From a virus: DNA of 64,000 bases. Position numbers and translations under genes: made by a program. The notes under the pieces were generated by a model. That model did no database searches, was not told the DNA's origin, and saw only the letters and a program-made list of their open reading frames with translations. The DNA lies in the IMG/VR virus record IMGVR_UViG_3300046003_007336, positions 64,001 to 128,000 of that record. One strand, written 5' to 3'. Shown piece by piece: positions 55,995 through 64,000 of this stretch. Every line of letters begins with the position of its first letter. Position 1 is the first letter of the stretch.

Positions 55995-56353
55995 TGGATT
56001 CGGTTTACTTCAACACGGACGGCGTCGTCCTGACCCGCAAGCCGGTGGACACACTCGACTTCCGCCAGGGCTCGTGGGGGCACGTTCTGCATTCCTCGAC
56101 CTTCCGTGAAGTCGAAGGCCCCAAGAACCTGATCGGCCGTCTGAGCGACCGGGTCCGCAAGGTGCGTCGGTACAGCTTCATCGTCCACAGCGGCCATCAT
56201 CCCCGAGCGGGCCAGCGCGTAATCTGGAAGAGCGCGGCGGGCGACATCGAAGGCGTTCTGTATGATTTCGAATGCTTCGCCAATCCGCGCGACCAGTTCA
56301 AACTGTTCGTCGAGGTGACTGGGCCTCTGCCGACCCTCGCCGTCGTCTCCTGA
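55994..56353 (+). CDS. hypothetical protein
   Basis: TGATG coupling. Confidence 0.7.
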   Translation: MDSVYFNTDGVVLTRKPVDTLDFRQGSWGHVLHSSTFREVEGPKNLIGRLSDRVRKVRRYSFIVHSGHHPRAGQRVIWKSAAGDIEGVLYDFECFANPRDQFKLFVEVTGPLPTLAVVS

Positions 56354-56396
56354 TTTTTTCGTAGACGATTTCGTCCAATTACTCTAGGGTCATCTG

Positions 56397-57170
56397 ATGC
56401 GTATCATCACCCCCGCTCCGCATTTCCGTGACTACTACGACGGCGGCATGGCCTACGGCCAGGACACGTCGGCCACGTATGTCCGTGCTCAGCGGTTCGA
56501 GATCGCCGATTTCCGCGTGCAGGGTGAGCACGAAGCTCTCGTGAAGCACGTCCATCACGACGCCGCCGCCTACGTGAAGCAAGAGCATCGACGTGATCGC
56601 GCCACCACGTCGTGGTGGCAAAGCGGCGGCAGCGAGCGGGCCCAGCAGGGCATGCTGTTCTTCTGTGGACGCGCGTACCCGTTCTTGCAGGCGACCCGCT
56701 GGGTGTCGAAGAAAACCGCGACCGGATACGTGTCGCAAGACCCGGTCTACATGACTTCCTTCGACCAGAAGGGGTTCGACCCCTACTGCGACAACGAGAA
56801 CTCCATGCGGGCCCCGCCTTTCCGTCAGTGGCTGGATGAGAACCAGTCCAAAGCTGACGCGACGATCAACCTGCATTTCAATTCCCCCATCGTCGCCTAC
56901 TGCCTGCACGACGTCGGCTCCTCCAGCATCTCGCCGGACAGGAAGTCCTGCTTCGTCGTGAACCCCAGCTTGCAAGGGCTGGGCTTCCAGCACGTCATCG
57001 ACCCCTTCACGGCGTTCCAGGATATCTCGATGTTCGTCACGGGCGTCTTGGGCCAGAACCTCGACCCGCCCGCCGCCATGTCGGACAAGGAGAAGATCGG
57101 TTCGCACGGCCTGCACCCCACGCACGCCTTCCGCACGGTCTCGCCGGGCAAGAAGAAGAAAAAGAACTGA
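56397..57170 (+). CDS. hypothetical phage protein
   Basis: F.DYYD N-terminus and DPFTAFQ.IS...HG C-terminus. Confidence 0.75.
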   Translation: MRIITPAPHFRDYYDGGMAYGQDTSATYVRAQRFEIADFRVQGEHEALVKHVHHDAAAYVKQEHRRDRATTSWWQSGGSERAQQGMLFFCGRAYPFLQATRWVSKKTATGYVSQDPVYMTSFDQKGFDPYCDNENSMRAPPFRQWLDENQSKADATINLHFNSPIVAYCLHDVGSSSISPDRKSCFVVNPSLQGLGFQHVIDPFTAFQDISMFVTGVLGQNLDPPAAMSDKEKIGSHGLHPTHAFRTVSPGKKKKKN

Positions 57171-57655
57171 TGGCCTTCGAATCCTTTACCGTGGGCATCG
57201 ATCACCGCATGAACGACGAACAGAAAAAAAAGAGCCAGCCATACAAGAACGGCTTTGCTTCCGGGAAGCGGTTGAGCGTGCACACCGTGGGTGCTCCGAT
57301 AGAGTTCGACGTTGGCTTCAACGACGGACGCCATGAGGCTGTACGGGACTGCGGCTATTCCATCGAATGTCTCAACCATCCGGCGCCGAGGTTCTCCACG
57401 CTGCTCCTGTGTGCGTTCAACGGCACCCGCATCGAATCCGTGCCCCCGGCGTGGTTCTTTCATCCCAACCCCTCGGTGGGTCTGGCGTGGTTGCGGGTCA
57501 AAGGCGCCATCGACGCCGCCTATCCGGCAATCGCGTCGTGGCAGGATGTCTACATGGCCTACGTGCCCCGCCATGGTCGCCCCGAGGGCGCGCAGGAGAG
57601 CACCATCAAGGCGTGGACACGGGTGGCCGAAGCCGGTCACGCGCTTCTGTCGTGA
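57170..57655 (+). CDS. hypothetical protein
   Basis: Coupled stop/start. Confidence 0.7.
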   Translation: MAFESFTVGIDHRMNDEQKKKSQPYKNGFASGKRLSVHTVGAPIEFDVGFNDGRHEAVRDCGYSIECLNHPAPRFSTLLLCAFNGTRIESVPPAWFFHPNPSVGLAWLRVKGAIDAAYPAIASWQDVYMAYVPRHGRPEGAQESTIKAWTRVAEAGHALLS

Positions 57656-58023
57656 CCAAGCATCTCGGCGAACGGGCCTCGTTCTTCACCAACCTGGAAG
57701 GTATCGGTTTCGTTGGGTTCGAGAGAATCAGCACCGTTGAACTCATGGAAACGGACGCCGCCGACATAGAGACCATCCTGAGGGATTACGGTCTCGTCCA
57801 CATCTCGTCATGGCCTCGCGTCAATTGGGAGCAGTTCCGGGATGTCTTGGATGCCATGATCGACGAGGGCTGGCATGTCGGCAAGTTCACCTATGCGTTC
57901 GTCTGGGACACCCGCGTGGACCCCAGCCATGGCGGCGTCCCCACGACCCTATGGGCGTTCGAGAACCTATCGACTGCCACGAGAATGTCTTTGAATTTTG
58001 ACTCCAGGACGGTAGCTCAGTAG
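57652..58023 (+). CDS. hypothetical protein of dispersed motif family
   Basis: GTG coupling; ends WAFENLSTATRMSLNF. Confidence 0.65.
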   Translation: MTKHLGERASFFTNLEGIGFVGFERISTVELMETDAADIETILRDYGLVHISSWPRVNWEQFRDVLDAMIDEGWHVGKFTYAFVWDTRVDPSHGGVPTTLWAFENLSTATRMSLNFDSRTVAQ

Positions 58024-58052
58024 TATCGGGTTTCCCTTTACTCAGTGAGTTC

Positions 58053-58400
58053 ATGTCAATCAAGATCACAGAGGCCTTCGTGCCTCACCCGGACAAAGTC
58101 TTCGTCACCGATATTGAATCCGGTCCTCTGAAAACCCAGAGCGGCCTCATCATCCCCGACGACAACATGCAGAACCGTGGCATCCGCCCGCGTTGGGCCC
58201 AGGTCTACGCCATCGGCGCAAACATCACCGACGTCGCGGTCGGGGAATGGATTTTCCTCGAACACGGGCGATGGGGGTTCGGTATCGACCTCGAACTCCC
58301 GACCGGAGACGTCGTCCGCGTCTGGCACGCAGACTTCCCCAACGGTTCCATGATGGCTTCGACCGAGGACCCGCGCGCGAACCAAAAAACCGTTCTGTGA
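58053..58400 (+). CDS. GroES-like co-chaperonin
   Basis: P..DKVFV, KTQSGLII mobile loop, V.AIG....V.VGE. Confidence 0.8.
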   Translation: MSIKITEAFVPHPDKVFVTDIESGPLKTQSGLIIPDDNMQNRGIRPRWAQVYAIGANITDVAVGEWIFLEHGRWGFGIDLELPTGDVVRVWHADFPNGSMMASTEDPRANQKTVL

Positions 58401-58459
58401 TTTCGACAGACGGATTTGGTTTTGCTATACGGGATGGATACTTTGAGGATATTGGGTAG

Positions 58460-59392
58460 ATGAGCTTGAAACTATGGGTGGACGAATACCGCCCACAGAC
58501 GCTGGACCAGTATGTCTGGCGCGACCCCGAGCAGCGGGCTCAGGTCGAGAAGTGGCTTTCGGATGGGGCTCTTCCCCACCTCCTCCTTTCGGGCGTGCAG
58601 GGGACAGGGAAGACCTCCCTCATCCTTCTGATGCTCCGGCTGCTCGGAATCCCAGACGCCGATATTCTGATGATCAACGCCAGCCGTGACCGGCTCGTGG
58701 ACGACATTCAGGAGAAGATCGTCAATTTCGTCTCGACGTGGGCCTTCAACGACAGCGGCATCAAGTACGTCATCCTCGACGAGGCCGACAAGCTCTCGCC
58801 GATGGCGCAGGGCCTGCTCCGGGGTGAGATCGAACGCTTCTCGGACGTGTGTCGATTCGCCCTCACCTGCAATGCGGTCAACAAGATCACCGACCCGATC
58901 AAGTCTCGCTGCCAGGGCTTCCACTTTCTCACGCTGGACCGCGATGATTTCACGGCCCGCGCCGGAGAAATTCTCGTCAAGGAAGGCATCGAGTTTGATG
59001 TCGAGACTCTGGTCTCGCATGTCGATGCCACCTACCCGGATATGCGGAAGTGCATCGGGATGCTGCAACAGCACAGCACGACCGGCACCCTCATCGCGTT
59101 CGCGGTCGCGGACATGGAGGGGGCGCAGGATTACCTCATCGACGTCATCGCCATGATTATGGGCGGCGATCTTCTTGGCGCCCGCAAACGTCTGGTCGCG
59201 GAGGCTCCACCGGAGGACTACCCAGACATCTACCGCTATTTCTATCGCAACCTCGAAATCTGGTCCGATACTCGTCAGGGTCAGGATGAAGCCATCCTGA
59301 TCATCCGCCGCGCTCTGGTCAACCACCCGAACGTTGCCGACATCGAGATCAATCTTGCGGCCTGCATGGTCGAGCTTTCGAGGCTGCGTTGA
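58460..59392 (+). CDS. clamp loader AAA+ subunit (gp44/RFC-like)
   Basis: W..EYRPQ RFC box, G..GTGKT, INAS, ILDEAD, SRC, PDMR. Confidence 0.92.
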   Translation: MSLKLWVDEYRPQTLDQYVWRDPEQRAQVEKWLSDGALPHLLLSGVQGTGKTSLILLMLRLLGIPDADILMINASRDRLVDDIQEKIVNFVSTWAFNDSGIKYVILDEADKLSPMAQGLLRGEIERFSDVCRFALTCNAVNKITDPIKSRCQGFHFLTLDRDDFTARAGEILVKEGIEFDVETLVSHVDATYPDMRKCIGMLQQHSTTGTLIAFAVADMEGAQDYLIDVIAMIMGGDLLGARKRLVAEAPPEDYPDIYRYFYRNLEIWSDTRQGQDEAILIIRRALVNHPNVADIEINLAACMVELSRLR

Positions 59393-59604
59393 AATCAGTA
59401 GTCGAAAACACCAACCACATCACTGCCGTGCGGAAGGCCACTCGGGTGTTCTATATCAACACCGGAAACATGCCTTCGGCTAAAGCCCGCGCTCATCTTG
59501 AGCAAGTCAAACAAGACATCATGGCTACTGCTGATACTGTATTCCACGAAAACTTCTTTATAGCAACGGGCGACGAATCCAGTGTAGAAGTATTCTACCC
59601 CTGA
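59389..59604 (+). CDS. 71-aa mini-protein resembling the T4 portal (gp20) clip segment
   Basis: RVFYINTGNMPSAKARAHLEQV. Confidence 0.7.
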   Translation: MKSVVENTNHITAVRKATRVFYINTGNMPSAKARAHLEQVKQDIMATADTVFHENFFIATGDESSVEVFYP

Positions 59605-59612
59605 GGAACAAC

Positions 59613-59828
59613 ATGCTTAGCGACTACTCCCCAAATGGAATGTTCGTCCAGCCGCCGAAGAGAACTCGCATCTTCTACGTCGGCATCGGCGAAAACAACT
59701 CAACCACGTCGGCAAGAGCGAAGAAGCTCGTTGAGGAGTTCAAGCGGGAAACAAATCCCGACAGCACTCACTACGAGAACATCTTCCTCGCGTCGCCGAA
59801 CAACCACCACCACGTCCATATTTTTTAA
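59613..59828 (+). CDS. 71-aa paralogue of 59389..59604
   Basis: RIFYVGIG....A.AKK.V..F...YENIFL. Confidence 0.65.
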   Translation: MLSDYSPNGMFVQPPKRTRIFYVGIGENNSTTSARAKKLVEEFKRETNPDSTHYENIFLASPNNHHHVHIF

Positions 59829-59836
59829 GGATATTC

Positions 59837-60253
59837 ATGACTGCCGAAACGAAGAAGACTTTCGGGGACCGCTACCTGCGCAACCGTCCCTTCCTGGTCA
59901 TCTCGACCATCGCCCGCCCCGCCAAGGGCATCCGCACCTACAAGCAGGGCTGGGCTGACACCTCATCCAACTGGGCCACGTTCGAACAGCCGCAGATCGT
60001 TGATCGGGTCTCGAACAAACACCTCACCGAAGCCAGCGTCATCATCGACATCCTGAATCGCGCAGTGGTCAAGAACCGCCACAGCGACGGGAACGACGAC
60101 AAGCTGGCCGTCGAGCACTTCCTGACCAAATACACCGAACTCGTCACCGAGGGTCTGGTCCAGTTCGCGCGCAACTCCGGCCTCGTCAACGAAGCCACCG
60201 TGGCCGCCGCCGCTGCTGAAGCGGATGCGGAGGAAGCTGCGGCTGCCGAGTGA
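59837..60253 (+). CDS. hypothetical protein
   Basis: AAGGA SD, strong codon bias. Confidence 0.8.
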   Translation: MTAETKKTFGDRYLRNRPFLVISTIARPAKGIRTYKQGWADTSSNWATFEQPQIVDRVSNKHLTEASVIIDILNRAVVKNRHSDGNDDKLAVEHFLTKYTELVTEGLVQFARNSGLVNEATVAAAAAEADAEEAAAAE

Positions 60254-60825
60254 CCAACAAGATCATCCTCACGGACGTCGATGAGACCATTCTGAATTTC
60301 ACCGGCCCCTTCGAGGCATGGCTTGCAGAGCAGGGCTACACCGTCAACGGAACCCTGCGGGACACCTACGGCATCCACCACCTGATCGGCATCCACGACC
60401 TCGACGAGATCACCAGGATTGTGGGCGAGTTCCACGATGCAGGAGAGACCTTCGCAGCCTTGGAGCCGGAACCACACGCTCTTGAAGCCATGACGGAACT
60501 CTATCTGGACGGCTTCAGGTTCGTCGCCATCACGGCGGTTGACGATACGCCCAACATCAAGGCGAGGCGTATCGAAAACCTCAACCGGGCGTTCGGGTTC
60601 GACTTCGAAGATTGTATCTGTGTCGGTCAGATGCAGCCCAAGACGGAGGCGTTGAAGAAATTCTCGCCGACCGTCTGGGTCGAGGACAACCCCCACCACG
60701 CCTACGAGGGCAGCCGGTTGGGTCACCGCACATTCCTGATCAACCACGCCTTCAACGAATATTTCAAAGATGATCTCGTCACGCGGGTCCAGGACTGGCG
60801 CGAGATCAGAAAGGCTATCCTGTGA
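60250..60825 (+). CDS. HAD-family 5'(3')-deoxyribonucleotidase
   Basis: DVDET motif I, T motif II, VEDN motif IV. Confidence 0.8.
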   Translation: MTNKIILTDVDETILNFTGPFEAWLAEQGYTVNGTLRDTYGIHHLIGIHDLDEITRIVGEFHDAGETFAALEPEPHALEAMTELYLDGFRFVAITAVDDTPNIKARRIENLNRAFGFDFEDCICVGQMQPKTEALKKFSPTVWVEDNPHHAYEGSRLGHRTFLINHAFNEYFKDDLVTRVQDWREIRKAIL

Positions 60826-60941
60826 ACTTCATCGCTGAACATGGCGACATACTGATTGGCATCGGCGTCGGTGCCGCCGCCGCTCTGGTGGGCGGAGTCG
60901 TCTTCCTCCTGTGGCTTTTCAAGGACTTTCGAATCAGATGA
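60822..60941 (+). CDS. 39-aa single-TM protein, absent from ORF track
   Basis: GTG coupled start; ILIGIGVGAAAALVGGVVFLLWLF. Confidence 0.6.
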   Translation: MNFIAEHGDILIGIGVGAAAALVGGVVFLLWLFKDFRIR

Positions 60942-61489
60942 TCTCTGGTTCCTTGCCGCCGCTAGCCGGACACGCAACCGCGACCTCGCGGCTTGGGCCA
61001 TACACATACTCCGTTCGCGGGCGTGACGCCCACGGTCACGAGGTCACACTTGGTTCGTTCACTGACAACGAAAAAGCGATTAGTTTCAAAGTCAAACAAA
61101 TCCTCAACCGTGGCACCTTGGGTTCCTACATAACGCCAAACAAAGCCCTTGCTTTCAACAAAGCGCACGTGGTCATTCAAACGGTCCATCGTTTTCAGAG
61201 ATTCCTGAAGGATGACGAGTTGAAAACTATCGGCTCTATTGTTCTCCCGAATATCGATGCTCGATATCCGACTGCGAAAGGATATGCGGACGCTGAGCTT
61301 ATCGGCCAGTTGGAGTGGGAGTATGTCGATTACAATCTAGTTGCCATAAAGCGTCCAAATAAATGGTATTGCACCATGGAAGTTGTGGCCGAACTGAATA
61401 AACTTACCCCACACAATGGTCACATTATTTGGGAGACCAACTTCGGCGATTTGGAAGCCGACGTATCAAAGGAGATGCTTGCTTGCTGA
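60938..61489 (+). CDS. hypothetical protein
   Basis: Coupled start; AT-richer codons. Confidence 0.6.
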   Translation: MISGSLPPLAGHATATSRLGPYTYSVRGRDAHGHEVTLGSFTDNEKAISFKVKQILNRGTLGSYITPNKALAFNKAHVVIQTVHRFQRFLKDDELKTIGSIVLPNIDARYPTAKGYADAELIGQLEWEYVDYNLVAIKRPNKWYCTMEVVAELNKLTPHNGHIIWETNFGDLEADVSKEMLAC

Positions 61490-62019
61490 TAAACCTTTAT
61501 GGCCCGCCCGGCTGCGGGAAATCTACGACCAGAGCGGGGGTGTTCTATCACCTCAAGCAGGCCGGAGTGAACTGCGAAGAGGTCACTGAATTTGCCAAGA
61601 AATTAGTCTGGGAGCATCGGGGCAAGACCCTCGAATGCCAGCCGTATGTCTTCGGCAAGCAGCTTCGTGACATCGAAGTCCTGAAGGGTCAGGTCGCGGC
61701 AATCATCACGGACTCGCCATTGCTGCTCAGCAAGTTCTACGGTGAGAAATACTGCGGTGATCGCTACCCGGCGTCGTTCTACGACTACGTGGTCGATCAA
61801 GCTCGCCTTCACGGTGGGATGAACATCCTGCTCCGTCGAGTGAAGCCCTACAATCCCAAGGGCCGCAACCAGACCGCTGATGAATCCGACGCCTTTGGTG
61901 CCGATCTGAAAGCGATGCTGGATGGTCTTGGCGTCGATTACATCGAACTCGACGGCGACAAGGAAGCGGCCGAGAAAATCGCTACGATGGCCCTGGCCCA
62001 GATGTCTGAGCAACGTTGA
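61483..62019 (+). CDS. AAA_28/NadR-like P-loop nucleotide kinase
   Basis: INLYGPPGCGKST, E.AK, ITDSPLL, GRNQT; AAGGAG SD before TTG. Confidence 0.8.
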   Translation: MLINLYGPPGCGKSTTRAGVFYHLKQAGVNCEEVTEFAKKLVWEHRGKTLECQPYVFGKQLRDIEVLKGQVAAIITDSPLLLSKFYGEKYCGDRYPASFYDYVVDQARLHGGMNILLRRVKPYNPKGRNQTADESDAFGADLKAMLDGLGVDYIELDGDKEAAEKIATMALAQMSEQR

Positions 62020-62518
62020 CGCAGAGTTCGATGAACTCATCAACGCCGAGAGATTGTTTGGCGTAGTTGACGTGGTAATGGACCCACCAAACATTGTCGA
62101 TTTCGTAAGGCAAGGTTGGGTCTTTCCTATCCAACGATGCCGTCGCTCGGTTGGCACTCTGGAATGCAATCTCCACTCCACTTAGAGCGCATTTTCTCTC
62201 TTGTTTGAGGTATAGGTCCCAAAGGTCTTCGATAGTCACGTGGAAAGCAATGTTCCTGACACGAGCCCCGTTTCGAAAACCGTTGAATCGGGTCAAAGAA
62301 AGCTCGCCGCAACCACGCCAACCACAGTGTTCCGCCATCTTCCTTCCTCGGTAAGCGGGCGCGAGGCGAGGAAGTCCGTAATGATCTAGGTAGTTGCTTA
62401 CGGTCTTGTTGTTGCATCCAATCTCCTTCGAGATGTCAAGGGGAGACCTTTGCTTCTCGATGTGCTCTCTGATCAAGTATTCCTTCGTCAGTATGCTATC
62501 AAATTTTGCGATTCTCAT
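61982..62518 (-). mobile_element. free-standing HNH-type homing endonuclease gene
   Basis: N-terminal HTH; C.LSG, SLDR.D...Y..DNV.WV...VN.AK; opposite orientation to neighbours; own TAAATA at 62545-62550. Confidence 0.75.
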
Positions 62519-62563
62519 GATTCCCAAGTATATTTCGTTTGAACTATTTATCCTGGAAATAAT

Positions 62564-63112
62564 ATGCCAATAGGACACCTCACCGTAATCTGCGGCCCCA
62601 TGTACGGCGGCAAGACCACCGAACTCCTCAAGCGAGTCCTGTGGTCCCGCAATGGGCTCGGGCGCCACGTCCTCGTGGTCAAGCCAGCCTTCGATAATCG
62701 CTACTCGATGACGAAGATTGTCTCCCATGACGGTCTGTCGGTGGATGCGATGTCGATCAAGACTTGGCGAGACCACGTTGATGGCGGCCGACCCGAACTC
62801 GTATGCTTCGATGAGGTTCAGTTCTTCACCGACCCGCATTTCGACTGCGACATCATTGACGTAGTCAGAGGTCTTCTCGGAGAAGGCGTGGACGTTGTCG
62901 CGAACGGTCTGGACATGACCGCAGACGGTGACCCGTTCCCGATCACTGCTACCTTGATGGCCCTGGCCGACGAGGTCGTGAAGGTGAAATCGAACTGTTC
63001 GATCTGCGGAACGGCTGCCACGAAGACGTTGAAGATCGCGGGCTCTGGTGCCCAAATCGAACTCGGAAGCGTCGGCATGTATGAGCCTCGGTGCAATTCC
63101 CACTGGGAGTAA
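62564..63112 (+). CDS. tdk: thymidine kinase
   Basis: GPMYGGKTTEL, FDEVQFF, C..CG...YEPRC. Confidence 0.92.
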   Translation: MPIGHLTVICGPMYGGKTTELLKRVLWSRNGLGRHVLVVKPAFDNRYSMTKIVSHDGLSVDAMSIKTWRDHVDGGRPELVCFDEVQFFTDPHFDCDIIDVVRGLLGEGVDVVANGLDMTADGDPFPITATLMALADEVVKVKSNCSICGTAATKTLKIAGSGAQIELGSVGMYEPRCNSHWE

Positions 63113-63478
63113 TTGGTTGCCAAAATATCCCTTCCGCTATATTGGTCAGGGATGAAGAAGAAGCCATATCGGGCCAAGAAAGCGAAGGCACTCGGTCTTC
63201 ACTGCGTCACCATCTATTGCGGTGACAACCCGGCTCGTGGTCGAATCCAAAATGATGTCGCCATGCTTCTCAAGCACGATGCCAGCGACGCCGAGTACAT
63301 GTTCTCCTACAAGGTCAACCATGGTCTCCTACAGGTGGCCGTTCCGACCATGGGGCAGGCCCTTGCGGTCAGGATGCTGGGCGGCGAGTTCGTCGTCGAG
63401 ACCCCCTTCTTCTATCAAAGCCACCCGAGCACGAACGGGCGCGGGCGGAACGTCACCTTTACCCTGGTGGCCGATTGA
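63113..63478 (+). CDS. hypothetical protein (start may be 63152)
   Basis: ORF in operon. Confidence 0.6.
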   Translation: MVAKISLPLYWSGMKKKPYRAKKAKALGLHCVTIYCGDNPARGRIQNDVAMLLKHDASDAEYMFSYKVNHGLLQVAVPTMGQALAVRMLGGEFVVETPFFYQSHPSTNGRGRNVTFTLVAD

Positions 63479-63807
63479 TGATCATCTACACGACCAACAC
63501 GGCCTACTATCGGGAAATTCCAGCCGGATATGGCTTCCTCCTGTGCAGTCAGGGGGTTTTTTCCATTCTGCCTTACGGGCACTCCCGCAACGCCGTTTAC
63601 AATCTCAGAGAGGCCTTCATCGACCGGCCAGACTTTCGAGGATGGGGGGCGTTCGCCCGAGGCGTTAAAAGAACGTCTCGGCGATGGATTGCTCTGATGT
63701 CCACAAGAGAGGAAGCCGAGAGCATCGCCGATGCCCTCAAGGGTGTTCGCCACGGCTCGAAGAAATTCCACACCATCCTGCATCTGATGGCGGACGAGGT
63801 CCGATGA
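63475..63807 (+). CDS. hypothetical protein
   Basis: Coupled stop/start. Confidence 0.65.
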   Translation: MMIIYTTNTAYYREIPAGYGFLLCSQGVFSILPYGHSRNAVYNLREAFIDRPDFRGWGAFARGVKRTSRRWIALMSTREEAESIADALKGVRHGSKKFHTILHLMADEVR

Positions 63808-64000
63808 TTCGCGCCGTCCACGACCACTCATCGAACCGGAAGCTTCCCGGCAGCAATACGTTCATCATTCATGGCATGCAGATCATGCAGGTGAACAGCT
63901 ACGTCTTCAATGGAACACCACACGCCTCGATGCCCTTCGATCTTTCTAACGGGCGACTTCGAGTTGTTGATATCGGCGACGATGGGGAACCGGTGACGGT
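63804..64000 (+). CDS. hypothetical protein, 3'-truncated by window edge
   Basis: ATGA coupling; frame open to end. Confidence 0.55.
   Translation, partial: MIRAVHDHSSNRKLPGSNTFIIHGMQIMQVNSYVFNGTPHASMPFDLSNGRLRVVDIGDDGEPVT

Noticed and set aside
36084-56367. TTTTTTCGTAGACG occurring at about 36085 and 56355
   Set aside because: Only two copies, in inconsistent orientation relative to downstream genes; may be a promoter variant or chance
58010-58045. GGACGGTAGCTCAGTAG resembling a tRNA 5' half
   Set aside because: No anticodon or T arm follows, and it overlaps a CDS end

Overview
A 64 kb segment of a high-GC, T4-superfamily jumbo phage genome. The host is probably an alphaproteobacterium, inferred from the two-piece permuted tmRNA and the IleRS C-terminus. 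Replication genes: C-terminal half of a split family-B DNA polymerase, sliding clamp, clamp loader, RNase H/5' nuclease, thymidine kinase and other nucleotide enzymes. Late/virion genes: two giant tail fibres and accessory proteins behind TAAATA late promoters. Translation and metabolic genes: 12 tRNAs, tmRNA, IleRS, peptide deformylase, GroES-like protein and CoaD. The most striking content is mostly outside the ORF track: (i) four large promoter-defined structured noncoding RNAs (about 7373-7795, 10256-10920, 10978-11392, and a GOLLD-like one at 22493-23300); (ii) a 52-codon ArfA-like ORF with an in-frame terminator hairpin (non-stop mRNA architecture) in a genome that also encodes tmRNA; (iii) two 71-aa mini-proteins resembling the T4 portal clip segment; (iv) a late Cys-rich / PP-loop / subtilase locus; (v) a complete Leu tRNA set in which both UUR decoders lack the variable arm; (vi) about 15 dispersed small paralogues sharing a C-terminal motif. 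All family assignments come from motif recognition by eye; no database searches were run.
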